Shown here: in pieces, positions 36,092-45,410 of the stretch
How the letters are laid out: the number at the start of each line of letters is the position of its first letter
Position numbering within the stretch: position 1 is the stretch's first letter
The notes under the pieces: generated by a model
Databases searched by the model: none
Told to the model about the DNA's origin: nothing
What the model saw: only the letters and a program-made list of their open reading frames with translations
Position numbers and translations under genes: made by a program
Virus record (IMG/VR): IMGVR_UViG_3300025703_000003
Coordinates: 1-53,125 of that record
Direction: 5' to 3' (one strand)
Length of the DNA stretch: 53,125 nt
DNA from: a virus
Taxonomy: Duplodnaviria > Caudoviricetes

Positions 36092-36943
36092 TTACGCCGG
36101 GGTTGCCGTGACCAAGTACAGCACTGCCGAACCTTGGGTTGCCCCGGTCGCTGAGCCGTTGTTGAGGCCGTTCTGTGTAACCCAGAACTGCACCGGGTTC
36201 GTCGATGAGAACTTGAACGGCAGGAATCGGCTACCAGACGACACCGCGTTTGCAATCCACTCCACATCGTTCCCTAGGGCAGGCACGGTGAACAACGCAG
36301 AGGTTGTTGTCGTGGCATTCGAAAGGGTCAGCGCCGCCACCAGCGCCCCGAGGTTATTGCCCGTTGGAAAACCCAGGCCAAAGTCGGCATCCGCGTTAGA
36401 CATAGACAACTTGGAGCCGACAGCAATACCATACAGACCTAGGTGCGTCAGCGGCGTGATTGCGAGGTCGCCTAACGGCGTTGTTCCGTTCCACGCCGTG
36501 TCAATCTCTACCCACGCATCCAAGAGAATGTCACCGACGCTCGGGGTGTACAAGGACGCCCCCGTTGCGATGCTGGCGGTGTTGTAGGCAAAGGGGAACT
36601 TGCGAACAATCGGCAGACCCGCAAAGTCCGAAATCGTTGGCGCGACAGACCAGACTGCCGTCCCACCACCGGGACCAGAGGTTGAGTTGTGAGCGACTGC
36701 GGGCCAGTTCGCTGAATCCTCGGCTGCGCGGGTGATCGTGCCACTTGTTCCACCTGATGTGTAGGCAGTCAGGTAGACGACCTCGAAGTTCGCGGTCCCG
36801 TAGTCGAGCGTGAGCGCGATGTAGTCGGGGCTCGTGATGGTCGCGAAGTCGGGCGCAGCGGAGAAGTTGATCGTCGTGCCCCCCGAAGTCAGGGGTAGTG
36901 ACGCGAGAGTCCCGGCTTGGTTATTGTACCGGAGGCGAGCCAC
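36092..36943 (-). CDS. hypothetical fibre/decoration-like protein
   Basis: NFEVVYLTA....TITRAAE....AH N-terminal module. Confidence 0.65.
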   Translation of the reverse strand: MARLRYNNQAGTLASLPLTSGGTTINFSAAPDFATITSPDYIALTLDYGTANFEVVYLTAYTSGGTSGTITRAAEDSANWPAVAHNSTSGPGGGTAVWSVAPTISDFAGLPIVRKFPFAYNTASIATGASLYTPSVGDILLDAWVEIDTAWNGTTPLGDLAITPLTHLGLYGIAVGSKLSMSNADADFGLGFPTGNNLGALVAALTLSNATTTTSALFTVPALGNDVEWIANAVSSGSRFLPFKFSSTNPVQFWVTQNGLNNGSATGATQGSAVLYLVTATPA

Positions 36944-36949
36944 GGGGAA

Positions 36950-37366
36950 TCAGGTGCAGGTTAGTTCAAAGGCATTTATGGCGAACGTGGCTGGCGTCTG
37001 TGACGCTGAGATGACCGTGGACGCCGTGGAACCCCACGCCAGCATGTTGCCCGCGCCGATGGTGATGGAGTCCAGCAACGCGGCTCCAACGATGGTGGAG
37101 GTCGAAGCGGTACAGGCCGCGAACGTCATGGCTGACGAGTTGAAGATCGTGGACGGTGCGCCCAGTGTCGGTGAACCCCAGTCACCAGACGTCGCGAGCC
37201 TCAGGTAGCCGGTGTAGGTGGCTTCAACGATGGTGGCGCCAGTGGACGCTGACGTTGGGACGGTGGTCGTCAGGGCGAGATAGGTAGTTGGAAGAGTGAA
37301 ACTCGTCTTGCCAACCACATGGGCCAGCACTGCGCCTTCGCAGTACTCACTAAGGGAACCTGACAT
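36950..37366 (-). CDS. small fibre-associated structural protein
   Basis: LSEY.E..VL, YLAL.T..P, EATYTGYLR and GNML.WG motifs. Confidence 0.68.
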   Translation of the reverse strand: MSGSLSEYCEGAVLAHVVGKTSFTLPTTYLALTTTVPTSASTGATIVEATYTGYLRLATSGDWGSPTLGAPSTIFNSSAMTFAACTASTSTIVGAALLDSITIGAGNMLAWGSTASTVISASQTPATFAINAFELTCT

Positions 37367-37428
37367 TGACTAACCTCTCAGTCGATTGATGAGCGAATCG
37401 TAGCATCGCTCTTTAGCAAAAACGTGCA

Positions 37429-37653
37429 TCACACGGAATCGCAGTCTGCATTGAGAATCAAACTCAACTTGAACTTGTCGGCGGTGGTGATCGTCTCGCT
37501 GTCCTGCACGTAGCCACGCACCGTGTCAATGACCTCAGCACGTTTGGCGTTCTGGTTGCCCTTGCGAATCAGGCGCTCGTGGACCACTTCAATTGGGTCG
37601 GTGTCGATTGACAGCGTTGCCTTCACTGAACTTCCCATTCCTACATCGCTCAC
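37429..37653 (-). CDS. hypothetical protein
   Basis: Translationally coupled ORF. Confidence 0.5.
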   Translation of the reverse strand: MSDVGMGSSVKATLSIDTDPIEVVHERLIRKGNQNAKRAEVIDTVRGYVQDSETITTADKFKLSLILNADCDSV

Positions 37654-37916
37654 GGCTCCCAGCCTTTCAGTTTCATCATGCCATCGGCTTCATGCTCCGC
37701 TACCTTTCCAGGTGCGAGCCCCAAGTCTCTGGCGTCTTTGTTCACACTATCCTCGTCAATGCCATAGATCGTAGTCCCGACGTTTCCGTTGATCTGACGG
37801 AGTGAGACTGCTAGGAGCCAACGTTCTTCTTTCCGCGCCAGGAGCGCACTGCCATCCTTGAACTCGTATTCCTTAAGAATGACGGTATCAATCACACTTT
37901 CACCTTGTGCTTCCAC
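37650..37916 (-). CDS. hypothetical protein
   Basis: Coupled ORF; the start may be the GTG near 37895. Confidence 0.5.
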   Translation of the reverse strand: MEAQGESVIDTVILKEYEFKDGSALLARKEERWLLAVSLRQINGNVGTTIYGIDEDSVNKDARDLGLAPGKVAEHEADGMMKLKGWEP

Positions 37917-38227
37917 TCAGCAGGACGAGGTAGTGCTTTCAAGATTGAACCACACATGCAGCCGTGACCCTGATTGATGATGTAACCCTTGGTCAGCGTT
38001 GACACTTCGATTCTCTCTCCGTGACCTAACTTCGCTTCCTGAGATGAGACGCTTCCTGGTTCGGCCAACTTCACTTCTAGGCAGATACCGGGAACCTTCG
38101 CCGCGTCCGTTCGCCACACGATCATCCGATGCGTGGTGATGAACACGCGAACCTTCGTCATCAATGCGCCGCCGACTTCTAATACCTCGGCAGGGAACAC
38201 GTCACGAACGAGCAGTTCGCCGTCCAC
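37892..38227 (-). CDS. hypothetical protein (GCxCGS motif)
   Basis: KVRVFIT...GHGCMCGSILK. Confidence 0.6.
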   Translation of the reverse strand: MDGELLVRDVFPAEVLEVGGALMTKVRVFITTHRMIVWRTDAAKVPGICLEVKLAEPGSVSSQEAKLGHGERIEVSTLTKGYIINQGHGCMCGSILKALPRPAEWKHKVKV

Positions 38228-38231
38228 CGTG

Positions 38232-38576
38232 TTACAAACCGGTGGCGACGACCGAGGATGCGACGATGGTAGCCGTGGCGACCGTGACCTTGATGTACCA
38301 ACCGGCCGGGACGTCGATGACCAGAGTCTGACTGGCAGCGGCGTTCGCCGCAGTAGCAGGGATCAGGTTGTCAGCGACTGCGTTCGTCGGGCCGATGTCG
38401 ACCTTCACTGTTCCAGCCGAACCACCAGTGATGCCGATGAAGTACTTGGCCGAAACCGCCGCGGCGTTCGCCTGAGCGGTGCCTGAGACCAGCGTGGCCG
38501 TGGTGAAGGTGGGCGCAGCGACATTGGCGAGGTAGTTGTCCCACACCAATTCCCAGTTGTCGAGATTACCGGACAT
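38232..38576 (-). CDS. small beta-rich virion protein
   Basis: VPAGWYIKVT motif; AAGGAG RBS before MSGNLD. Confidence 0.6.
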   Translation of the reverse strand: MSGNLDNWELVWDNYLANVAAPTFTTATLVSGTAQANAAAVSAKYFIGITGGSAGTVKVDIGPTNAVADNLIPATAANAAASQTLVIDVPAGWYIKVTVATATIVASSVVATGL

Positions 38577-38767
38577 TGATTTCTCCTTGTTAGAACTCGT
38601 CGTCATAGTAGTTGGCGAGAAGGCTAAGAACGTGAATGTGTCTTACAAGGTCTTTCGGAAGGTCGGCTTGACCTCGCGCAGGTCGGCGCCGCACATTCCG
38701 CAGAACCGCGGGCGACCGAGCAAGCCAATCCACAGCGGCCACGCTTTGTAGCAGTACGGGCAGACGA

Positions 38768-41701
38768 TCACGCGCTGCGCTTCTCGCGGATCCGTCTCGC
38801 GATTTCGCTCTCTTCGGCGGGTGGTGTCACACGAGGCTTGGGTCCGGTTCCTACTGGTGAAGAGATCGTCGTTGGTCCGGTTCCGTAGACCTCGTTGATG
38901 TAGTACGTCAATGCGTCAACGATGTCGTCATGTGCCCCGTGGTTGAAGGCCGTGCAATTATGAACCGTTCCTCCGGTAGTTACATAACTCTCATCTTCGT
39001 CAACGTGAAAGTTAATCACCTCGCATGGCCCTGTATCGGCCACGCTTCGAACCCAGAAACCGAGTAACTTGTCGCCGTCGTCATCAGCCCACACCTCCGT
39101 GGTGCGAGATTTTGCATTCATATCGACGGTGAATGTCGTGTGCCGACCTTGAATACGACGCTCGGGGTGAAATCGTGGAGTTGCTCGCGTCAATTTGGGC
39201 CACACTCCCATACGGGTGGCGATCAATCGCATCCCCCATGCAAGATGAGGCGAGACCGTAGTACCACGCCCATCGTGACCGTCTCCATCAAGCCATCCGT
39301 CAATAAGACCCTGATGAAATACAAGAGGTGCAGCCCATGCCCACTCAGGGATTCTCTTACCAAATGCCTTATGCCCAAAGGATTTAAACCAGCGCTCGAG
39401 ACGCGGAAGGCTCGCACTAACCACGGTGCAGTTTGGTGATCGAACTGCGGTGAATGTCGCTGATCGAATGCCAAATCTATCTAAGAGCAATGACTGAATC
39501 TCGTCGATAAAGGAAATCTCCGCTGCATTGAATGACCACTGGGCTCTTCCTGACGAATAACTGCCCTCAGCAAGCCACAGGCCACAGAATCGACCGAAAT
39601 CGTAATCAAGCTTCTGTGCATATTTCAACGATTGAGCGCGAACACTGTTGACGCTGATGTATTCACCGTCATCGGTCACAGTGAGACTTCGAGTTCCGGA
39701 TTTTGGCTCTCCTGGGTAGTCGTACCATTCACGAAGATCGATTGACTCCACCTCATAGTCCTCGTCGAGCACAGGAAAAGTAAGCGCGTCACTCATTTTT
39801 GGAGACGGCTGAAGCGTTCCATTCGATACTCTGCGAAACGCACGAGGTGAAAGTTCGCCAGCCGCTTTCCACGCAATCGCTTGGGCGAACTTGCCATTCG
39901 GTTCACTAGCGTTGCTCATCACCATAGAGAGGACTGGATGTTCCGGAGTAAGGCGCAAAGGATCAAGCGTCTTAGCAGTCAACTCGATAGTCGCAGGGGC
40001 TTGACGACGGCTGACTTCCAGAACTTCGCGGAATCGTCCCAGATGGGTTAAAACCCAGTCTCCCACTACAACTTCGCTTGCTTCGATTACACCTCGTCGT
40101 GTGAATATCATGGTATTTATACTAACGCACTCATCAATGAACTGTTCGACGTCAAAGGTCAACTCTGGTATGGCTTTTGATACCGCGACTGACGGGAGAT
40201 AGATGTTGCCGGAACGAATGATCGGGCTCGCGGCTTCCGCGCGGGCTTCCTTCGATGAGGTTGGGTTGACGGGTATCAATCCTGCAATTTCGTGACGTAG
40301 GGCTTTGTGAACCTCGGGACCGTTCGCCCTGTTCTCGAAGTACTTTCGCTTTGCCTGAGGGAACAGCATTGAGACTCGCCTCATGGCGTCAATCGTCCTC
40401 GGCAGGCTGAGTCTGTCGCGCACCTGATAGATGAGAAATGAGTCCGCGCCCTTCTTCGCCCAGACCTGACCGACAACGAAGTCGCTCGTCTTGGTCTCCT
40501 TGAAAGCGAAGTCCCAGGATTGGACGAGTTCATAGCCTCCTTCGACGTGGAACGCGCCGCCGTGCTGAACCCACATCACTCGCTCGTAGCGTTGCCACCA
40601 TTCACGCAGAAGGATCGCTCCGGTGCCCGGTGTCGGATTCCCCTGATACAGCGCGGACCAGTATCTTGCTGACGTCGCGTTCTTCGTCGCCTCCCAGTCA
40701 GCGTTCGTTCGACCACGAGCTGAGACCATGTACTCGCCTACTTCACGCCCAAGGATGTCACTCTCACCCTTGGCAGCGTTGAAGTCAGCCTGGGCGGGGA
40801 TGTTGACCACCGTCCAGTCGTCGTAGTCCTTCACCCCGCTCATGATGTCCTCATCACGCTTACGGATCAACTGCCCTGCAAGATCGTTGTCTGACCATCT
40901 CGTCATCGTCAACATTACGGGCGCCCACGGTGCCAAGCGAGGTCTGGCGGTCGTCTCCCACCACTCCATGTGCTGGCGCGATTGCAACGTTGAGTCTGCG
41001 GCTCGGATGTCCTTCACCGGGTCGTCGATGTTCATCAGGTCTGACGGGTGGCCGGTAAGACCACCGCCAATGCCGATCGCGTACACTCCACCACCGGTCT
41101 CGAGCATCCACCGGCCCATTGCCTTCTGGTCCCTCATCAGACGAAGCCCGATGTCGACGTTGTTCGAGGTGCCGTCAAAGAGTTCGATGTCGCTTCGCAC
41201 CTGATAACTGAACTGACCGGCGTTCACCCCGTCGTAGGAAACCAGCGTGATTCGAAGCGCCGGGTACTGACGTAGTAACCATTCAAGCCCGTAGCGACTT
41301 ACGCGGCTCGACTTCCCTTCTTGTGGGCTCATGCTCAGAATCAGGCGAGTGATGCCACGGCTCGGGATCTCTTCGGTCGCTCTCTCAATGGCGATCTTGT
41401 CGTTGACTCCTTGCGCTAGTAGTTCCTGCAACCGTCGACGTCGTGCGTACATGACCTCGATGGCCTGACTGATCTGCACGAGTTTCGAGTCGATTATCGT
41501 CAACGCAGGGGTTTGGACGGTGGCCGGGTCTAAAGAAACTGCCAGGTCACCGGGCGTCGGATACTCCATGATCCGCTGAATCCTGCGTGTCTCTACACGC
41601 ACTAATTCCTGTTCGTCGGGTCTCAGCGCGTTCCACTTGGCTCGACGTTCGGCCTCGGGGAGTTTGATGAACTCTCTCGCTGAGGGTGAGAGTAGTTTCA
41701 C
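38768..41701 (-). CDS. terL: terminase large subunit, intein-containing
   Basis: Walker A-like MSPQEGKS, Walker B NIDDP, MTRW, LYQGNP, QSWD, SDF, ENRANG and HDDIVDA motifs. Confidence 0.93.
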   Translation of the reverse strand: MKLLSPSAREFIKLPEAERRAKWNALRPDEQELVRVETRRIQRIMEYPTPGDLAVSLDPATVQTPALTIIDSKLVQISQAIEVMYARRRRLQELLAQGVNDKIAIERATEEIPSRGITRLILSMSPQEGKSSRVSRYGLEWLLRQYPALRITLVSYDGVNAGQFSYQVRSDIELFDGTSNNVDIGLRLMRDQKAMGRWMLETGGGVYAIGIGGGLTGHPSDLMNIDDPVKDIRAADSTLQSRQHMEWWETTARPRLAPWAPVMLTMTRWSDNDLAGQLIRKRDEDIMSGVKDYDDWTVVNIPAQADFNAAKGESDILGREVGEYMVSARGRTNADWEATKNATSARYWSALYQGNPTPGTGAILLREWWQRYERVMWVQHGGAFHVEGGYELVQSWDFAFKETKTSDFVVGQVWAKKGADSFLIYQVRDRLSLPRTIDAMRRVSMLFPQAKRKYFENRANGPEVHKALRHEIAGLIPVNPTSSKEARAEAASPIIRSGNIYLPSVAVSKAIPELTFDVEQFIDECVSINTMIFTRRGVIEASEVVVGDWVLTHLGRFREVLEVSRRQAPATIELTAKTLDPLRLTPEHPVLSMVMSNASEPNGKFAQAIAWKAAGELSPRAFRRVSNGTLQPSPKMSDALTFPVLDEDYEVESIDLREWYDYPGEPKSGTRSLTVTDDGEYISVNSVRAQSLKYAQKLDYDFGRFCGLWLAEGSYSSGRAQWSFNAAEISFIDEIQSLLLDRFGIRSATFTAVRSPNCTVVSASLPRLERWFKSFGHKAFGKRIPEWAWAAPLVFHQGLIDGWLDGDGHDGRGTTVSPHLAWGMRLIATRMGVWPKLTRATPRFHPERRIQGRHTTFTVDMNAKSRTTEVWADDDGDKLLGFWVRSVADTGPCEVINFHVDEDESYVTTGGTVHNCTAFNHGAHDDIVDALTYYINEVYGTGPTTISSPVGTGPKPRVTPPAEESEIARRIREKRSA
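38957..40129 (-). mobile_element. intein with LAGLIDADG homing endonuclease (391 aa)
   Basis: Starts CVSINT, block B LTPEHPV, endonuclease motifs GLWLAEGS and GWLDGDG, ends VHN followed by Cys+1. Confidence 0.92.
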
Positions 41702-41850
41702 TTACTTCGCATGAAGTGTTCAGCCAGGACTTTCCTCACGAACGCAGAGGGTGCGATGTTGAGCGTCGAGGCTTCGTGTTCGATTCTCGCTCGCAGTTCG
41801 GGTTTGACTCTGACGTGCAGGAGTTCGGTTCGGTTCTGGCGCTCAGTCAT
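41698..41850 (-). CDS. ribbon-helix-helix DNA-binding protein
   Basis: LHVRVKPELRARIEHEA.....SAFVR pattern. Confidence 0.68.
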   Translation of the reverse strand: MTERQNRTELLHVRVKPELRARIEHEASTLNIAPSAFVRKVLAEHFMRSK

Positions 41851-42033
41851 CGTGGGTCGAATCTCGCGCAGCAATTGAACCCCGAATCCCAGTTGTGGAA
41901 TCGCCGCTGAATTCCGCATCGCGCGCACTTCTTTTCACCTGCCAACGCGTCTTCGTGTTTCTTCTGCCATTTACGGTCAGCGCGAGCCTGACGACGTTCC
42001 TCACGACTCCACCTGGTTAATTCATCCCAGATG

Positions 42034-42399
42034 TCAGCCATTCGGCCACCGATCGAAGACCACGCCATCGGGCATCGTTACTGCACCGTTCGGCGCTCGA
42101 ACTGGCATGGCCTTTAAGACCACGGCCGGCGTGTGCTTGGCGTCACGCTCACCCTTGTCAATCGCCATCTCGATTGCGACGAGGACGAACTCGGTCTTCG
42201 TGCAGTTGAGTTTGGCGACCTGCTTCAAGAGTCTCTCGTTGAGGTCGTCGGAGATTCGACAGGAGACGGTGTTAGCCACGATCTTCTTTCTCGAACGTCC
42301 GACACGGACAGCGGCCCCATAGCGTGGTTTCGTGGTTCCCGTTGCATCCTGTGTAGAGCGGTCGCTTGCCGAAACCAAAGGCAAGAGTTCCGTGGTCAC
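42034..42399 (-). CDS. ribbon-helix-helix domain protein
   Basis: VSCRISDDLNERL.......TKTEFV..AI pattern. Confidence 0.62.
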   Translation of the reverse strand: MTTELLPLVSASDRSTQDATGTTKPRYGAAVRVGRSRKKIVANTVSCRISDDLNERLLKQVAKLNCTKTEFVLVAIEMAIDKGERDAKHTPAVVLKAMPVRAPNGAVTMPDGVVFDRWPNG

Positions 42400-42628
42400 C
42401 GATTGAGTGGCCGCATTTGCAGATCATTGGAAGCAACTCGTGTTCGGCTCGTCAAGGTCGAGCGGCACCATCATCGCCGCGGTCAATTCGGCCATGAACT
42501 CGTCCTGGGCTTTGCGTCGTTTGAAATACCACCAGCGAATCTTCATTGATCGCGGAATCATGATGAACGCCTTATTGGGATCGCGGTTACGCCTCGCGAC
42601 CGATACTCGCGATTCAGAGATTCCTATT

Positions 42629-42964
42629 TCACTCATCGTTACTGACTCCGTGAACTTCGAGCATGTGCCTATTGAAGTCAGCGCGAACTCCCGCCATCAT
42701 TTCTTTCGAATCCTCGTCGGGTTCACAACTGTCCATTGCGTTGTAGCCGCAATATATGCAGATGATTCCGAGGCTCAACGTTCCTGGCATCAGGTAGATG
42801 ACGTCACCGTTCTCATCAGTCAATGGGTGAGTTCCGACGACCGTTATGTTTCCGTGTTCGCCCGGAGCCCAGTCAGCACTTGAAACGATCTGCACCCCTT
42901 TGAATGGCCTGAACTGAACGTTGTCGAACACCTCCACGAACGCGTCGTCAGACTCTTTACTCAC
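42629..42964 (-). CDS. hypothetical protein
   Basis: Coupled ORF with CxxC and HxxxxH. Confidence 0.55.
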   Translation of the reverse strand: MSKESDDAFVEVFDNVQFRPFKGVQIVSSADWAPGEHGNITVVGTHPLTDENGDVIYLMPGTLSLGIICIYCGYNAMDSCEPDEDSKEMMAGVRADFNRHMLEVHGVSNDE

Positions 42965-43238
42965 GATTGTCCTTCAGCGTCGGTGAGTCAGGGAGTTCGA
43001 AGATCGTCCCGCACTCGCAACAGCCGTGCAGGGTCACGAGGTTCACCACTGGGTCGCATTCGTAGGATTCCACGCCCTGGCGCTTCATCAGCACCGCGAC
43101 GTCGACGATTTCAGCACTCGGCAGGTTGCAGGTCGAGCACCAGACTTGGGTCGACTCTCCTATTCGCTGGCCGGAGAGTTCGACCATGATCGGCTCAAAA
43201 GAGATGATGGGCGGGTACTTGGGGAGCCAGTCAGTCAT
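42957..43238 (-). CDS. hypothetical Cys-rich protein
   Basis: WCSTC...CCECG; likely start MTDWLP. Confidence 0.5.
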   Translation of the reverse strand: MTDWLPKYPPIISFEPIMVELSGQRIGESTQVWCSTCNLPSAEIVDVAVLMKRQGVESYECDPVVNLVTLHGCCECGTIFELPDSPTLKDNRE

Positions 43239-43729
43239 GGCAGATTCTTCAGTCTGTACTCGGCTCGCCAAATGGCGTTCTTGTCATCCCATCCGAGAAG
43301 TTCTCGTGATTCCTTCGTGTCATCTGAACCGAACGTGACGTACTTCGTGAGATCATCGAGGTTCATCCTTGCCTGCAGAAGATTCATGCATGGATAGTGA
43401 AGAACGTCGTCGCTCGACATGTAGCCAGTCTGCCCCTGCTTCCACAGGAATCGGTGACCGCACTCAGCGCAACGGTTGAACAACCATCGCTTCACGCGAT
43501 CGTACGGTCGTATCTGAATTCGGAGGTGGCGAACGTGACGCGCAGCGAACTTCAGCGTCGTCCACGAAAGCCCTGACGAGAATCGGCCCTTACAGATTTC
43601 TCCGCTGTCGTGACCATTGGGCTCGACGTGCCAGACGGTCACGAATGACTTGTGGTACCGGCGCTTCCACGATGTCTTCTCCCACCACGGATACCGGATA
43701 TCGAACAGAACAACCATCGGGTCATGCAT
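43235..43729 (-). CDS. hypothetical phage protein
   Basis: Start MHDPMVV; VTVWHVEP..DSG..C and RCAECG motifs. Confidence 0.65.
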   Translation of the reverse strand: MHDPMVVLFDIRYPWWEKTSWKRRYHKSFVTVWHVEPNGHDSGEICKGRFSSGLSWTTLKFAARHVRHLRIQIRPYDRVKRWLFNRCAECGHRFLWKQGQTGYMSSDDVLHYPCMNLLQARMNLDDLTKYVTFGSDDTKESRELLGWDDKNAIWRAEYRLKNLP

Positions 43730-44282
43730 CCTCGCTCGCCTCCTCAACTGCCTGGGCTTCCAAGAGAACCTTGAACACGTCCTCACCAGAGAGTGCGATG
43801 TCGATTGAACCTCCATTGGGGCCAGAGACTTCGGTCGCTGATTTCGTTGAGTATTCGTCACTCGCCTGATGTGTGAGCTTGAACTTCGCTGTTGAAGTAG
43901 CAAGGGCTCGATCGGCATCAGAAGCGTTATTCCATCGCTCTTTACCTGATCCTGATTCCAGCGCGAATGCCAAGACTGTTTCGCACCTTCGGAGCCATTC
44001 GTCTTCGACTACGGCACTTGCTGCAAGAAAAGCGATGCACTTGTTATCAAAGGCGTTTCGCTTAGTAGGGGTCTTTTCCAAGGCTGCTTCGCCACGGGCC
44101 TTCCAGTTCTTTACGGTCACGATGCTGACGCCGGAAAGTCTGGCTGATCGTTCCCAGGATATTCCGAGCCTGCGATTGGTGAAAATCTGCTCTTGCACCT
44201 CGTCGGTCAGTGACGGTGGTCTGCCCCCTCCGTGAGGTAGGACCTTGCGACGTCCGTCGACTTTCTTTCGGGGAGTGACCAT
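43722..44282 (-). CDS. terminase small subunit-like HTH protein
   Basis: GRPPSLTDEVQEQI, HTH SARLSGVS..TVKNW and EVSGPNGGSI tail. Confidence 0.7.
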   Translation of the reverse strand: MVTPRKKVDGRRKVLPHGGGRPPSLTDEVQEQIFTNRRLGISWERSARLSGVSIVTVKNWKARGEAALEKTPTKRNAFDNKCIAFLAASAVVEDEWLRRCETVLAFALESGSGKERWNNASDADRALATSTAKFKLTHQASDEYSTKSATEVSGPNGGSIDIALSGEDVFKVLLEAQAVEEASEDA

Positions 44283-44483
44283 TTGTCACACATTAACAAA
44301 ATTCGAATGCGTTTGTGTGACAAACTCTAAATGTCTGGCGCTGCTCGCTCGCTTCTTTGAGGTCCAGAAATGGGGGTTGCGCTATGACGTGGAGATCCCA
44401 TGATTTCGAATGGGACTCTCCACAGGTCGTCAGCGTGACTCGGGCTCGACGCCTTAAGGGAAACTGCGTTCTCATCCTACAGC

Positions 44484-44517
44484 GAAAGACCCCCGGGAAA
44501 CGATCCGAGGGCCTTTC
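44484..44517 (-). terminator. intrinsic terminator ending the accessory operon
   Basis: Minus strand GAAAGGCCCTCGG-loop-CCGGGGGTCTTTC. Confidence 0.65.
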
Positions 44518-44546
44518 TGAGTGTCTCCTTTCCGTGTGTTACAAAG

Positions 44547-44906
44547 TCATGTCTCGTCCAGCAGTCTCTGAATAGAAGAAGCCACGAATTGTGCTTTTTC
44601 GAGTGTGTCGCGTCGAGTTAATTCATACCCGTGTCGAGTGATGGACCACTCCGCTATCACGTCCGAATCGCGGGTTGGCGAATACTTGCGCAGCGGCCTC
44701 AGAAGCCAGTCACCAGCAACGAATATCTCGCCAAGAAATCCAGTTCCCTCCCACTCCAACACTGGTGCTAAGGGGGGTGAAAGACGAGATTCGTGAACGT
44801 TCACGGCATACTCGCGGCACATGCGCGACAAATCCGCCAGGTCGCTATCGTCCAGTATCGGCGCGAAACGCTCCAAGATTTCGTAAAGTTCTGTTGGTTC
44901 GCTCAT
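44547..44906 (-). CDS. hypothetical protein (cassette array)
   Basis: RBS supplied by the junction repeat CCCCTAAGGAGCCGTAAATG. Confidence 0.65.
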   Translation of the reverse strand: MSEPTELYEILERFAPILDDSDLADLSRMCREYAVNVHESRLSPPLAPVLEWEGTGFLGEIFVAGDWLLRPLRKYSPTRDSDVIAEWSITRHGYELTRRDTLEKAQFVASSIQRLLDET

Positions 44907-45162
44907 TTACGGCTCCTTAGGGGCCGACAGTGGGAGTTTTCGGCGTTGTGTGCGCTGACAAAAGGGGTCATTTTGTTTTTTCCTTTTCGACGAAGACTTG
45001 ACCCGGCGCGAGTTTCTTGAGAATTGACATGAGGAGGCTCATTCTCATCGTGATCTCTTGGGTTGACCACGGCATACTGTCATTTCGCGCAATTTCCCCC
45101 GAGAATTGGTCTCGATATTTCGGCCACTGTTCGAGTGCTGCCGTGGAGTTAAGTCGGTCACA

Positions 45163-45276
45163 ATGGCCGTCCAGATGCCTCCAGCGAAGCCTGAGACGAC
45201 GCCGCTGGCAAGTCGCATGGCAGACCTCGCAACGCGCGTTGCTGGTCGCCTGACCTACAAGGCGATTACTCGCTAA
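45163..45276 (+). pseudogene. C-terminal remnant of an IS1595-family transposase
   Basis: Translates ...SRMADLATRVAGRLTYKAITR*, resembling the GxRLTYKxL C-terminus of IS1595 transposases. Confidence 0.55.
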
Positions 45277-45406
45277 TTCCTTCGGCTTCAGCGCGGTCCA
45301 ATTCTTCGTCCGCGCCAGACTCCACGAGGGCTTGCGCGACCTCTTCAGGGTCGTTGCCGACAAGGGTGAATCGCTCGTCCAAATCGGGTTTGAATTTGCG
45401 TTCCAT
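45266..45406 (-). CDS. small acidic ORF convergent with the transposase remnant
   Basis: Hand translation MERKFKPDLDERFTLVGNDPEEVAQALVESG... Confidence 0.45.
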   Translation of the reverse strand: MERKFKPDLDERFTLVGNDPEEVAQALVESGADEELDRAEAEGISE

Positions 45407-45410
45407 GACA

